From the NCBI GenBank assembly GCA_965232515.1, contig CBDDPY010000002.1, positions 1,696,001 through 1,760,000 of the forward strand: a stretch of DNA of 64,000 nt. Reading direction: 5' to 3'. Below, piece by piece: positions 27,991 to 38,886 of this stretch. The notes beneath the pieces are model-generated. The model was not told where the DNA came from. It was given only the letters and a program-made list of their open reading frames with translations, and did no database searches. Within the stretch, counting starts at the first letter, position 1; each line of letters opens with the position of its first letter. This stretch comes from Alphaproteobacteria bacterium. Its GTDB lineage: Bacteria; Pseudomonadota; Alphaproteobacteria; GCA-2731375. A program made the translations under genes and the position numbers.

Positions 27991-30426
27991 CTAGTAGAGT
28001 CCGCCGACGCCGGCCTGGGGCGTGCTGCCGCCGTCGGTCAGCGGCGCGGCGCCACCATCCAGGACGGTCTGCTGTCCGCTTGGCTCGGTGCCCGGCTTGA
28101 AGGCTTCCAGAATGACATTCCGGTCGCCTGACGTGGCCGGCACGCCCGTGCGCGAGTCGACCCGGACCAGGCGAATACCCGGTGGGATACGGAAGGGAAT
28201 GGCCGGCTGTTCCGCCAACGCCCCGGCCATGAAATCCCGGAAGATCGGCGAAGCGACCGAGGTGCCGGTCTCGCGCCGCCCCAGCGTCCGTGGCGTGTCG
28301 AAACCGACAAAGACGCCGACCGCGAGGTCAGGCGCAAATCCCATGAACCAGGTATCCCGGGACTCGTTGGTGGTGCCGGTCTTGCCGGCGAGCGGCTTGC
28401 CGACGGCCGCGACACGCCGGCCGGTACCGCGTTCGACCGCACCGCGCAGCATCGACACGACCTGATAGGCCGTGGCCGACGTGACCACCTGCGTCCGCGT
28501 ATCCGGCACCTCGGGCTCGGCCTGGAATTGCCAAACCGCGCCGACGCAGCCGGGACAAGGGCGTTCGTCGTGGCGGTAGACCGTCCCGCCGCGCCGGTCC
28601 TGGATCCGGTCGATCAGGGTCGGCGTCACCGACTTGCCGCCATTCACCAGGATCGCATACGCCGAGGTCAGCCGGAGCAGTGTCGTTTCCGCCGCGCCCA
28701 GCGCCATCGGCAGCAGCAGCGGCATATCGTCGACGACGCCGAAACGGCGGGCATAGTCGGCCACCGTTTCCATGCCGATATACTGTGCCAGCCGCACCGT
28801 CATGAGATTGCGCGATTTCTCAATGCCGAGCCGCAAGGTGCTGGGGCCGTAGAATTTTCGCGTGTAGTTCGCCGGCTTCCACTTGCCGAGCGCCGGGCCC
28901 TGATCGACCACGAGCGGCGCGTCGAGAACCAGGCTCGACGGCGTGAATTCATGGTCGAGGGCGGCCGCATAGACGATCGGCTTGAACGCCGAGCCCGGCT
29001 GCCGCTGGGCCTGGGTCGCCCGGTTGAACTCGCTGTTGCCGAAAGAATAGCCGCCGACCATGGCCAACACCCGGCCCGTATGCGGATCCATGGCCACGAG
29101 CCCACCGTTGATGTCGGGGATCTGCTCCAGCCGGTAGCCATTCTCGACATAGCTTTCGGCGTCCTTGGGGATCGGCGAGACGGCGACGACGTCGCCCACG
29201 GCCAGCACCTGATCGGGGCGCTTGATCTTCGCGCCGAGGGTCTGGCCCTTCTTCCAGGCCCGCGCCCATGTCAGTTCCGCCAGCGGAATGACGCCGCGGA
29301 CGTCGTTGGCGAAGCCGATCTCGGCGGCCTGCCCGTCCGTGCCCAGCACCACGCCCATGTACCAGTCGCCGATATCGGTCGGCACCGGCACGTCGCGAAG
29401 CGCCTGAATGGGATCCTTGTCCGGCGCCACCCGGTCCAGCGGTCCACGCCAGCCATGCCGGCGGTCATAGGCGCGAAGGCCGGACCGCAGTACGCGCTCG
29501 GCGATCTCCTGAAGCCGCGGCTCCAGGGTCGTCCGCACCGACAGGCCGCCTTCATAGAGCTGCGACTCGCCGTAACGATTGACCAGCTCTCGACGCACTT
29601 CCTCGGCGAAATACGCTGCCTCGACGGTGCGTGTGCGGTCGGGCCGGCGCACCGCAACCGGCGTTGCTTTCGCGGCAGCCATATCGGCGGTGGAAATGAC
29701 GTCGTTTTCGTGCATCTGCGTCAGCACCCAGTCCCGACGCGCCAGCGCCGCCTTCGGGCGCCGCAGGGGATGGTAGTTGTTGGGCGCTTTCGGTAGAGCC
29801 GCCAGGAACGCGGCCTCCTCCAGGGCCAGCTCGTCGAGCGGCTTGTTGAAGTAGTTCAGGGCCGCCGCGGCGACGCCGTAGCTGCCGAACCCCAGATAGA
29901 TCTCGTTCAGATACAGCTCCAGGATCCGGTCCTTCTCGAAGGCATGCTCGATGCGGAAGGCCAGAATCGCCTCTTTCAGCTTGCGGGTGACGCTGACCTC
30001 GCTGCTCAGCAGGAAGTTCTTTGCCACTTGCTGGGTAATCGTCGAGGCGCCGACGGGCCGCCGGTCCGTGCCGTAGTTGCGCAGGTTGCGCACCATGGCA
30101 GACGCAATGCCCATAAAATCCACGCCCGGATGGCTGTAGAACGTCTTGTCTTCGGCCGACAGAAAAGCCTCGATAACCTGTCGCGGAATCGCCGCGATCG
30201 GCACGAACAGCCGGCGTTCGCGTGCATATTCGGTAATCAGGCTGCCGTCGGCGGCATGCACGCGTGTCATGACCGGCGGGCGATAGTCCGCCAGCTGCCG
30301 GTAGTCCGGCAGATCGCGGCCATAGTGCCAGAGAACGAAAAGCGTGCCGCCGGCACCCATCAGGGCCAGCAGCAATGCGCCCGAAACGATGAAACTAAGA
30401 GCCCTCAACATGTCTGCGCCGGACAT
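27991..30426 (-). CDS. mrcA: Penicillin-binding protein 1A
   Basis: Transglycosylase motifs EDKTF, GASTITQQ, RKLKE; transpeptidase motifs SAFK, SRN, KTG. Confidence 0.95.
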   Translation of the reverse strand: MSGADMLRALSFIVSGALLLALMGAGGTLFVLWHYGRDLPDYRQLADYRPPVMTRVHAADGSLITEYARERRLFVPIAAIPRQVIEAFLSAEDKTFYSHPGVDFMGIASAMVRNLRNYGTDRRPVGASTITQQVAKNFLLSSEVSVTRKLKEAILAFRIEHAFEKDRILELYLNEIYLGFGSYGVAAAALNYFNKPLDELALEEAAFLAALPKAPNNYHPLRRPKAALARRDWVLTQMHENDVISTADMAAAKATPVAVRRPDRTRTVEAAYFAEEVRRELVNRYGESQLYEGGLSVRTTLEPRLQEIAERVLRSGLRAYDRRHGWRGPLDRVAPDKDPIQALRDVPVPTDIGDWYMGVVLGTDGQAAEIGFANDVRGVIPLAELTWARAWKKGQTLGAKIKRPDQVLAVGDVVAVSPIPKDAESYVENGYRLEQIPDINGGLVAMDPHTGRVLAMVGGYSFGNSEFNRATQAQRQPGSAFKPIVYAAALDHEFTPSSLVLDAPLVVDQGPALGKWKPANYTRKFYGPSTLRLGIEKSRNLMTVRLAQYIGMETVADYARRFGVVDDMPLLLPMALGAAETTLLRLTSAYAILVNGGKSVTPTLIDRIQDRRGGTVYRHDERPCPGCVGAVWQFQAEPEVPDTRTQVVTSATAYQVVSMLRGAVERGTGRRVAAVGKPLAGKTGTTNESRDTWFMGFAPDLAVGVFVGFDTPRTLGRRETGTSVASPIFRDFMAGALAEQPAIPFRIPPGIRLVRVDSRTGVPATSGDRNVILEAFKPGTEPSGQQTVLDGGAAPLTDGGSTPQAGVGGLY

Positions 30427-30495
30427 CTCCTTGGCGAGCCGGTTATGTTTTGGTTATGCACTATGAATATGTCGTTTATAAGGCCTCTGACTATC

Positions 30496-31671
30496 TCACT
30501 TTGCGAGATTCCTGAAATACGCGTCCACGGCGTCCGAAATGGCGTTGACAATCTCGGTCCGCCCCCGCGCCGACTTCAGACGCGCCTCCTCGCGCGGATT
30601 GGACAAATAGCCCAGTTCGACCAGGACGGACGGCACGTCGGGCGCCTTTAGCACCCGGAATCCGGCGAATCGGTGCGGTTTACGCCGCACCCGAACGCCC
30701 TGTGACCGCATAGTCGAGACCAGAACGCCGGCGAAACGCGACGAAAAGTTCTTGGTTTCTCGCTGCGCCAGATCGATCAGGATCGACGCCACCTCCTGAT
30801 CCTGCACGCTCAGGTCGATGCCGGCGATGACGTCGGATTTGTTCTCCTTGGCGGCAAGGGCCGCGGCCTCGGCGTCGGAGGCGGTCTCGGACAGCGTATA
30901 GACGGCGCCGCCGGAAAACCGGGGATCGGCGATGGCGTCGGCATGCAACGACATGAACAGGTCGGCATCGGCGTCGCGCGCGATCTGCACCCGCTCCTGC
31001 AGCGGCAGGAAGATATCCCGGTCCCGGGTCAGCACGACCCGATAGCGCTTCCGCAGGACCTTGGCCAGCGCCTTGGCATAGGTGAGCGTGACCGCCTTTT
31101 CATAGCCCCCTGAAGCACCGGTGGTGCCCGGATCGACACCGCCGTGCCCGGCATCGATAACCACCACCTTCTTGTCGCCGGCGCGCGGCTTCGGCCGCAG
31201 CAACGCGCCGGCGGTCGGTGTCGTCACGGGCTTCGGCGGCGCCAGCGCCGCCAGGAAGCTGGCGCGGTCGGTCTCGACCAGATCGATCACGAAGCGGTAT
31301 CTGTGCCCCTGTCTGGGGGGCAGTATCGTTGCCCATTTGACGCGAACCGGCCGCTTCAAATCGAGCACGACCCGGCTGTTGCCGGGCCGAAACAGACCGA
31401 ACCGCAAACGCGTGATCAGGCCTGCGGTCCGGTTGCCGACCGTCGAGGGCACCTGCCAGTCCAAATCGGGCAGATCGATGACGACCCGATACGGGTCGGA
31501 CAGCGTGAAGATGTTGTACTGAACCGACCGGTCGAGATCGACGACAAGGCGGGTCTTATCGGGATGAATACCGGTTCGGACGCCGGTGACGACGGCGTCG
31601 GCGGCGACGGCAGCCCATGCCGGTACCAGAACGACCGTGGCTACCCCGATCAGATACAGCAAACCGCGCAT
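30496..31671 (-). CDS. N-acetylmuramoyl-L-alanine amidase with AMIN domain (AmiC-like)
   Basis: Signal peptide, IDAGHGG, SLHAD, VLVELGYLSN. Confidence 0.93.
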   Translation of the reverse strand: MRGLLYLIGVATVVLVPAWAAVAADAVVTGVRTGIHPDKTRLVVDLDRSVQYNIFTLSDPYRVVIDLPDLDWQVPSTVGNRTAGLITRLRFGLFRPGNSRVVLDLKRPVRVKWATILPPRQGHRYRFVIDLVETDRASFLAALAPPKPVTTPTAGALLRPKPRAGDKKVVVIDAGHGGVDPGTTGASGGYEKAVTLTYAKALAKVLRKRYRVVLTRDRDIFLPLQERVQIARDADADLFMSLHADAIADPRFSGGAVYTLSETASDAEAAALAAKENKSDVIAGIDLSVQDQEVASILIDLAQRETKNFSSRFAGVLVSTMRSQGVRVRRKPHRFAGFRVLKAPDVPSVLVELGYLSNPREEARLKSARGRTEIVNAISDAVDAYFRNLAK

Positions 31672-32124
31672 GGAACATCTAGTGTGACTGAAAATACGCT
31701 TGCACCATATATGACATCGATGTTTCTGTCGCCTAGTGGCAAATCCGACCCGATGACGACAGAAAAGCGTTTGTCGAAGCGCAATACCAGAGGTTAGAAT
31801 GCCCACGAAGTAACTCCGCAGTCAGTTTGGTTGAAAAATTTCTCAACCAGCGGCTTTTCGACGGGGCGCTGGGTAGTGCAGACGAGGGCTCTGGTTCCAG
31901 CTAACCGCCGTTGGGCTTAAGACAACGCGAATTGGTGAAGAAACTCGAAGCCGCGTCCCGTTTAATCGGGCTTGTGGCGTTCTTCGGCATCCCCTTCCTG
32001 GTCAGCCGCCTCAAAAAACCTAGGCTGATTCGTTCGATGGGTTGACTCCGACGTCGCCGGCTTCGCCGAGTAAGGGGTCGGCGTGTCCGTTGCCCAAGGG
32101 TGGCGGATGTACCGATTGAAAAAT

Positions 32125-34770
32125 ATGACGACGCGTATGCTTATCGACGCGACGCATTCCGAGGAAACTCGAATCGTCGTCGTGAGTGGTAACCGACTCG
32201 AAGAATTCGATTTCGAATCGTCCACCAAAAAGCAGCTCAAGGGAAACATCTACCTCGCGAAAGTGACGCGGGTAGAGCCTTCGCTGCAGGCGGCTTTCGT
32301 TGAATATGGCGGCAATCGCCACGGCTTCCTGGCCTTCAACGAGATCCATCCCGACTACTACCAGATCCCGGTCGCGGACCGCGAAGCGCTGCTGCAGGAG
32401 GAGGCCGAACAGGCCGCCCAGGAAGCGGCGCTCGACGACGAGGCCGCGGAAAAGGGCGAGACCGAAGAGGCCGACCATGACGCCGCGGCAGACGACGCCG
32501 GCGACGATGATGGCGACGGCGAGCCCGGCGAAGACGCGGACGAGCCGGAAGAGTCGGCCAAGGCCGAAGAAGCCGCGCAGGGCGATGACGCGCTCGACGA
32601 GGTACCACGGCCACGGCAACGGCCCAAGCGGACCTACCGTATCCAGGAAGTCATCAAGAAGCGGCAGATCCTGCTGGTCCAGGTCGTCAAGGAAGAGCGC
32701 GGCAACAAGGGCGCGGCGCTGACGACCTACCTGTCGCTCGCCGGCCGGTATTGCGTGCTGATGCCGAACACGGCGCGCGGCGGCGGCATCAGCCGCAAGA
32801 TCGTGAACCAGGTGGCGCGGCGGAAGCTGAAGAAGATCGTCTCCGATCTGGAGCTGCCCGACGGCATGGGCGTCATCGTGCGCACGGCCGGCATGAACCG
32901 GACGAAGTCCGAGATCAAACGCGACTTCGAATACCTGATCCGGTTGTGGGACAACGTCCGCGAGCTGACCATGGAGTCGTCGGCGCCGGCGCTGGTCTAC
33001 GAGGAAGCCAATCTGATAAAGCGGGCGATCCGCGACCTCTACCGCAAGGAAATCGAGGAAATCCTGGTCGACGGCGACGAAGGTTACCGTGCCGCCAAGG
33101 ACTTCATGCGCATGCTGCTGCCGAGCCACGCCAAGAAGGTGCAGCCGTATCGCGACACCACGCCGCTGTTCCATCGCTATCAGATCGAACAGCAACTCGA
33201 TTCGATGCATTCCAACGTCGTCAACCTGCGCTCCGGCGGCTACCTCGTGATCAACCCGACGGAGGCGCTGGTGGCGGTCGACGTCAATTCGGGCCGCGCC
33301 ACGAAAGAGCACAACATCGAAGAGACGGCGCTGAAGACCAACCTCGAGGCCGCCGAGGAGATTTCGCGGCAGCTGCGGCTGCGCGATCTCGCCGGCCTGG
33401 TCGTGATCGACTTCATCGATATGGAAGTAAACCGCAACAATCGGGCGGTTGAGCGCCGAATCAAGGAATGCCTGAAGTCGGACCGGGCACGGATCCAGGT
33501 CGGCCGGATTTCCACCTTCGGCCTGCTGGAAATGTCGCGGCAGCGGCTGCGAACGAGCCTGTTCGAGGCCAGCATGGTGACCTGCCCGCATTGCGGCGGC
33601 AGCGGTTTCGTGCGCTCGACGGAGTCCACGGTCCTGCACGTGCTGCGCGCGATCGAGGAGGAAGGCATCCGCGGCCGCGCCGCACGCGTCACCGTCCATG
33701 TGCCGACCGCCGTGGCGCTCTACCTGCTGAACCAGAAGCGCGAGGGCCTGCACGCGATCGAACAACGCTACGACATGCATGTCCTTGTGTTCGGCGACGA
33801 CGACCTCGTGCCGCCGGACTTCCGACTTGATGTCGATGCCAGCCGCACGCCGAGCGAAGCCAGCAATGTGGTCGCGATCTCGGACCACGTCGCGACCAGC
33901 GGCGAGGACGACAGTGCCGAAGCCGACGGTGGCAGCGGGCGCAAGCGACGGCGTCGCCGGCGGCGCAAGCGGCCGGAGGCGGAAACCGGCGACGCCGAAC
34001 CGGCGGTCGTCGAGGCTGAAGCCGCATCGGACGAGGAGCCGGTCGAGGCGGCCGAAGGAACCGAAGACGGCGAGGATGCGGATGCGCCGCGCAAGCGTCG
34101 GCGTCGCGGTCGCCGGGGCGGCCGACGGAAACGGGCGGCGAACGGTTCCGCGGCCGAGGAATCGGCAGCAAACGGCGACACTGAGTCGGTAGACGAGGTT
34201 GCCGGCGGCGAAGCGGACGATGTCGACATTCCGCCGCCGCCAGTGGCTGCTGCGGACGACATCGCCGGAAATGGCGCCGAAGCGCCGGATGTCGAGGAGA
34301 CAACGGCGAGTGACGTCGACGAGGCGGTGACGGAAACCGAAAGCGAACCCGCCCTCAATGTCGGGCCGGTATCCGAGCCGACCGTCGATCAGGAAACGCC
34401 GCTGGAGGTCATGGAGGCAGAGCCCCTGCCCGAGCCGATTTCCGAACCGCCTGTGGCGGAAACCGAAACGGCCGTGACCGATGCCGAGCCCGAGGCGGCG
34501 CCCCCACCCCCCGTCATCGACGAGACGCCGGAAACACCGGCAATCGAGGATGAGCCCGTCGCGGACGAGGCACCGGAACCGGAACCGGCGCCCATGCCGT
34601 TGGCGGCCGCGCCGGTCGTCGAAGAGGCGCCAACGTCCTACAGCGCCGGCATCGATGCGCCTGACGCGGTCGAGACGTCGTCCGTCACGACGATCGAGCC
34701 GGACAGCGCCGATGAAGAAAAAGCCGACGACCGTCCGAAACGACGCGGCTGGTGGCAACGTCGGGGCTGA
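32125..34770 (+). CDS. rne: Ribonuclease E
   Basis: MLIDATH, GNIYLAKVTRVEPSLQAAF, DVNSG, IDFIDM, CPHC zinc link, Arg-rich and acidic C-terminal region ending in GWW. Confidence 0.96.
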   Translation: MTTRMLIDATHSEETRIVVVSGNRLEEFDFESSTKKQLKGNIYLAKVTRVEPSLQAAFVEYGGNRHGFLAFNEIHPDYYQIPVADREALLQEEAEQAAQEAALDDEAAEKGETEEADHDAAADDAGDDDGDGEPGEDADEPEESAKAEEAAQGDDALDEVPRPRQRPKRTYRIQEVIKKRQILLVQVVKEERGNKGAALTTYLSLAGRYCVLMPNTARGGGISRKIVNQVARRKLKKIVSDLELPDGMGVIVRTAGMNRTKSEIKRDFEYLIRLWDNVRELTMESSAPALVYEEANLIKRAIRDLYRKEIEEILVDGDEGYRAAKDFMRMLLPSHAKKVQPYRDTTPLFHRYQIEQQLDSMHSNVVNLRSGGYLVINPTEALVAVDVNSGRATKEHNIEETALKTNLEAAEEISRQLRLRDLAGLVVIDFIDMEVNRNNRAVERRIKECLKSDRARIQVGRISTFGLLEMSRQRLRTSLFEASMVTCPHCGGSGFVRSTESTVLHVLRAIEEEGIRGRAARVTVHVPTAVALYLLNQKREGLHAIEQRYDMHVLVFGDDDLVPPDFRLDVDASRTPSEASNVVAISDHVATSGEDDSAEADGGSGRKRRRRRRRKRPEAETGDAEPAVVEAEAASDEEPVEAAEGTEDGEDADAPRKRRRRGRRGGRRKRAANGSAAEESAANGDTESVDEVAGGEADDVDIPPPPVAAADDIAGNGAEAPDVEETTASDVDEAVTETESEPALNVGPVSEPTVDQETPLEVMEAEPLPEPISEPPVAETETAVTDAEPEAAPPPPVIDETPETPAIEDEPVADEAPEPEPAPMPLAAAPVVEEAPTSYSAGIDAPDAVETSSVTTIEPDSADEEKADDRPKRRGWWQRRG

Positions 34771-34794
34771 GCCCGGCTTTTTAGTCCCGCTCGG

Positions 34795-35949
34795 CTAACC
34801 GAGCCAGGTCTGCAGGCGGCGGGCGGCTTCGGCCGTTTCGTCGGTCGTGCCACAGAACGAGAACCGGACGAAGGCGCGGCCATCAACGGGATCGAAGTCG
34901 ATGCCCGGCGTGGCGGCGACACCGGTCGTCGCCAGCATCTCCCGGCAGAACACTTCTGAATCGTTGGTCAGCCGGCGGACGTCGGCATAGAGATAAAAAG
35001 CGCCGTCGGCTGGGGCCAGACGATCGAACCCGGCCTTCGGCAGCTCGGCCAGCAGCACTTCGCGATTGCGCCCATAGCGCGCCACGTTGGCGTCGAGCTC
35101 CGCTTGGCAATCGAACGCTGCCAGCGCCGCATGCTGCGGCAGCGTCGGCGGCGAGATGAACATGTTCTGCGCCAGACGCTCGACCGGCCGTACCAGATCC
35201 GGCGGCAGCAGGGTCCAGCCGAGACGCCAGCCGGTCATGCAGAAGTATTTCGAGAAGCTGTTGATAACGATGACGTCGTCGCTGAGCGCGGCGGCCGTCT
35301 GTTCCTGCACGCCGAAGCTGATCGCGTGGTAGATCTCGTCCGAGATGTAGCGGATCCCATTGGCGCCGCAATAGTCGATCAGATCGGCCAGTTCGTCGGG
35401 GCGCAGCATCGACCCGGTCGGATTGGCGGGGCTGGCGATCAGCAAGCCGTCCAACCCGCCGCCGCCCGCCGCGTCCAGCAGGTCGCGGGTCGGCTGGAAC
35501 CGCGTTTCGGGGCCGACGGGGATCTCCACCACGTCGATATCCAGCGCGGCGAGGATGTTGCGATAGCAAGGATAACCCGGCCGCAGGATCGCCACCTTGT
35601 CGCCGGGATCGAAGGCCGCCAGAAAGGTCAGCAGGAAGGCGCCCGACGATCCCGTGGTCACGGCGATCCGCTCGGCCGGTACCGAAAGACCGTAGCGCGT
35701 CTGATAAAGCGCCGCGACGCGCTCGCGCAGCGGCTCGATGCCCATGGCGAGCGTATAGCCGAGCAATTCTTCATCGAGCGCCCGCTTGGCGGCCGCGATT
35801 ACGGCAGCGGGCGCGCCGGTCGACGGCTGTCCGACCTCCATGTGCAGGACATCGGCGCCGGTCGCCGCCCGGTCGGCCGCGGCCTTCATCACGTCCATGA
35901 CGATAAACGGCGGAATGTCGCTGCGGCGTCCCGTCTTCAATGCGGTCAT
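34795..35949 (-). CDS. PLP-dependent aminotransferase class I/II
   Basis: SPANPTG, SDEIYH, NSFSKYFCMTGWRLGW. Confidence 0.92.
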   Translation of the reverse strand: MTALKTGRRSDIPPFIVMDVMKAAADRAATGADVLHMEVGQPSTGAPAAVIAAAKRALDEELLGYTLAMGIEPLRERVAALYQTRYGLSVPAERIAVTTGSSGAFLLTFLAAFDPGDKVAILRPGYPCYRNILAALDIDVVEIPVGPETRFQPTRDLLDAAGGGGLDGLLIASPANPTGSMLRPDELADLIDYCGANGIRYISDEIYHAISFGVQEQTAAALSDDVIVINSFSKYFCMTGWRLGWTLLPPDLVRPVERLAQNMFISPPTLPQHAALAAFDCQAELDANVARYGRNREVLLAELPKAGFDRLAPADGAFYLYADVRRLTNDSEVFCREMLATTGVAATPGIDFDPVDGRAFVRFSFCGTTDETAEAARRLQTWLG

Positions 35950-35959
35950 CCCCGGCCTC

Positions 35960-37411
35960 CTATTCGCCGATCAGCGCCAGGCCGAAACCGCGACGGTCGG
36001 ATGCGGCGGTACAGCGCTCCTGCTGTCGCTTCAGGCCCGCGGGACACCACAACGCCTGCACCCGGCCGATATCGTCGGCCGGACCGGTGCTCGACTCTCC
36101 CGCGTCAGCGACGGTCGTGCCGGTCGGCTGAACACCACTAAGCGACCGCGGCGCCGCCATCGCGGCGGGCAATGCCTCGTCCGCCGCCAGGACGCCCAGC
36201 ACGACCCGCGCGACGGCAACCGGCGCCGCCGCGCCGCCCGACGCGGCGGCCGCCATGAAGGTCTGGTCGACATTCTGGTTCACCGCCAGCAACGGCGACA
36301 GATAGGCGCTTTCTTCGGCGACATTTGGCGCCAGCAGGACCCCGGCCGCCGTCTTTCCAGCGCCGAACTCCCCTTGCATGGTGAAGACGCAGGCCACCGC
36401 CGAACCCCGCCGATCTCCGACCACCAGGGCCGCGTCGCCCCCGGTTGGCAGTTCCGCTCCGGTGTCGCCGTAAGCCGACGCGGCCGCGGCGGACAATTGT
36501 GCCGGCGGTATCGGGTCATCGGACCCGCTCAGTCGCTCGACCAGATCAAACAGGATGTTGCCGCCGCGCGGCGGCGGCAGGGCCGTATGCAGGGTCAGGT
36601 TGCCGATCTCCTGGCTGCGGGTCTGGCGCCAGGTCGGCCGATAGTTGCGCAAATCGTCGATCGTCAGCTTGCCGCCGGCGGCGCGTGCCGCGGCGGCGAA
36701 ACTTCGCCCCGCCTGGCCGCCGTAATAATCGCCGACGCCACGCGAGCGGATTTGCGACAAGGTTGCGGCCAACTCGACCTGAATCAGGGTTTCGCCTTCG
36801 GCCTTCAGCGTTCCATCGGGACGCGTGTAAGCCGCCCGCAGCTCGGGATTCGCCCGCACACGGTCCTCGGCCACCGCCAGTCGCCTGCTGAGCGCGCGAC
36901 TGATCGAGTGGCCGAACCGGGCCAGGCTCTCCGCCGGCGACACCAGTTGCTCCCAGCGCAGCCGGCCGTAGCGCGCATGCAGGGTCGCCATGCCGCGCAC
37001 CGCGCCCGGCACGGCATAGGGACCGCCATCGGCAGGACTGGCCGGCAGGAACTCCAGGGTCTCCGTCACATCGGCCGTCGCGTCGTAGACCAGGCAGATG
37101 CCGCCGCCGCCGATGCCGGCGCCGGCCGGATAGGTGACCGACAGCATGAAGAAAGCGGCAACGGCGGCATCGACGGCGCTGCCGCCCGCCGACAGGGCGT
37201 CACGCGCCACCAGGGCGGCGTTCGGCTCGTCCGTCGCCACGACGCCGAGAAACCCCGAGACGTTGCCGATCTGCCCGACGGGCGGTCGCGGGCCGGCGCA
37301 AGCGGCCAACACGAAGGTCACGACGCTCAGCAGAACGACGCATTGACGATGCTGTCGCCCGACCCTACGTTGGAACCGGGACGTTGGAGTGGCGTTCTTG
37401 GCGCTTAGCAT
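35960..37411 (-). CDS. Gamma-glutamyltransferase-fold lipoprotein (probably non-catalytic); start uncertain
   Basis: Lipobox LAAC; GGSAVDAAVA, GIGGGG, VPGAVRG motifs; small-subunit start region lacks Thr. Confidence 0.75.
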   Translation of the reverse strand: MLSAKNATPTSRFQRRVGRQHRQCVVLLSVVTFVLAACAGPRPPVGQIGNVSGFLGVVATDEPNAALVARDALSAGGSAVDAAVAAFFMLSVTYPAGAGIGGGGICLVYDATADVTETLEFLPASPADGGPYAVPGAVRGMATLHARYGRLRWEQLVSPAESLARFGHSISRALSRRLAVAEDRVRANPELRAAYTRPDGTLKAEGETLIQVELAATLSQIRSRGVGDYYGGQAGRSFAAAARAAGGKLTIDDLRNYRPTWRQTRSQEIGNLTLHTALPPPRGGNILFDLVERLSGSDDPIPPAQLSAAAASAYGDTGAELPTGGDAALVVGDRRGSAVACVFTMQGEFGAGKTAAGVLLAPNVAEESAYLSPLLAVNQNVDQTFMAAAASGGAAAPVAVARVVLGVLAADEALPAAMAAPRSLSGVQPTGTTVADAGESSTGPADDIGRVQALWCPAGLKRQQERCTAASDRRGFGLALIGE

Positions 37412-38747
37412 TGGACGGAAAGTACTCTTCTCACTGATCGCGGTCGGCCTGATGGCCGACCCGGCGTTAGCCCGTGGTCCGTCGCTGATCCGCGACGCGG
37501 AAATCGAAAATACCATTCGGGCATATGGCGCGCCACTGTTCGCCATGGCCGGTCTGGAGCCGAGCTCGGTTCGGGTGCACCTGATCAAAGACCCGCGGCT
37601 GAACGCCTTCGTCGCCGGCGGTCAGAACATCTTTCTCAACACCGGCCTGCTGATGGCCAGCGATACGCCGAACCAGGTTATCGGCGTGATCGCCCACGAA
37701 ACCGGCCACATCTCGGGCGGCCACCTCGCCCGCACGCAGGATGCGCTGCGCGACGCCAGCGCCCAGTCGATCATCGCCCTGGTGCTGGGGGCCGCGGCGA
37801 TCGCCGGCGGCGCCGGGTCGGCCGGCGGCGCGCTGATCGCCGGCGGCGCGACAGCGGCGCAGCGCTCGTTCTTGAAATACAGTCGCACCCAGGAAGGCGC
37901 GGCCGACCAGGCGGCGCTGCGGTTCCTGGACGAAACCGGACAATCGGCCCGCGGCATGCTGGAGTTCTTCGAAAAGCTGGGCGACCAGGAAGCGCTGCTG
38001 ACCGCCAATCAGGACCCCTACGTGCGGACCCACCCGCTGACCCGCGAACGTGTCGACACGATCCGCGCGCATGTTGCGAACTCGCCCTATTCGGATGCGC
38101 CGGACCCGCCCGAATTGATCGCCGCGCACGAGCGGATGAAGGCGAAGCTGCGCGGCTTTCTCGACACGCCGGTGCAGACGTTCCGGCACTATCCGGAATC
38201 CGACACCAGCCTGCCGGCCCGCTATGCCCGCGTCGTCGCCTACCACAAGCAGAACGACCTCGAACGCGCCATCGCCGGCATCGATGAGCTGTTGGCGGAG
38301 AATCCCGGCGACCCCTACTTTCTCGAGCTCAAGGGTCAGGTCCTGTTCGAAAGCGGCCGGATCGACGAATCCATCCCGCCCTATATCGAGTCTGTCCGGC
38401 GCGCGCCGAATGAGCCGTTGCTGTTGATCGGTCTCGGCCAGGCCCAGGCCTCGAGCAACAACGACGGCAACATCAAGCCCGCCATCGAAACATTGGAGGC
38501 GGCGGTCCGGCTGGACCGCCGCAGCGCCACGGCCTGGCGCTGGCTCGCCACCGCCTACGGCCGCGATCAGCAGATCGGCATGGCCCGGCTGGCAACGGCC
38601 GAGCGCTATCTGCTGCTGCGGCGGTACAGGGACGCGGGCCAGCAGGCGGCACGCGCGATCCAGGTCCTGCCCACCGGCTCGCCGGGCCATCTGCGCGCGC
38701 AGGACATTGAAGCCGCCGCCAAGACGGCGCGCGACAAACGGAAATAG
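37389..38747 (+). CDS. M48 family metalloprotease with TPRs (BepA-like)
   Basis: IRDAEIE, NAFV, AHETGH, E..AD, THP. Confidence 0.9.
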   Translation: MAFLALSIGRKVLFSLIAVGLMADPALARGPSLIRDAEIENTIRAYGAPLFAMAGLEPSSVRVHLIKDPRLNAFVAGGQNIFLNTGLLMASDTPNQVIGVIAHETGHISGGHLARTQDALRDASAQSIIALVLGAAAIAGGAGSAGGALIAGGATAAQRSFLKYSRTQEGAADQAALRFLDETGQSARGMLEFFEKLGDQEALLTANQDPYVRTHPLTRERVDTIRAHVANSPYSDAPDPPELIAAHERMKAKLRGFLDTPVQTFRHYPESDTSLPARYARVVAYHKQNDLERAIAGIDELLAENPGDPYFLELKGQVLFESGRIDESIPPYIESVRRAPNEPLLLIGLGQAQASSNNDGNIKPAIETLEAAVRLDRRSATAWRWLATAYGRDQQIGMARLATAERYLLLRRYRDAGQQAARAIQVLPTGSPGHLRAQDIEAAAKTARDKRK

Positions 38748-38886
38748 CCGTCGACGTGCGCGCGCCAGGGCATGGTCCGACACACGCGCATGTGACCGGC
38801 GCGCGCTTGCGCCGACCGCCGCGCCGCAGCATGATCGTCGGCATCGCCGGAGATTTCCAGATCTGAGGCACCTCATGGGTTGTCGG

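Noticed and set aside
32020-34758. 912-aa antisense ORF opposite rne
   Set aside because: Shadow ORF caused by high-GC codon bias; no motifs; the sense strand is clearly RNase E
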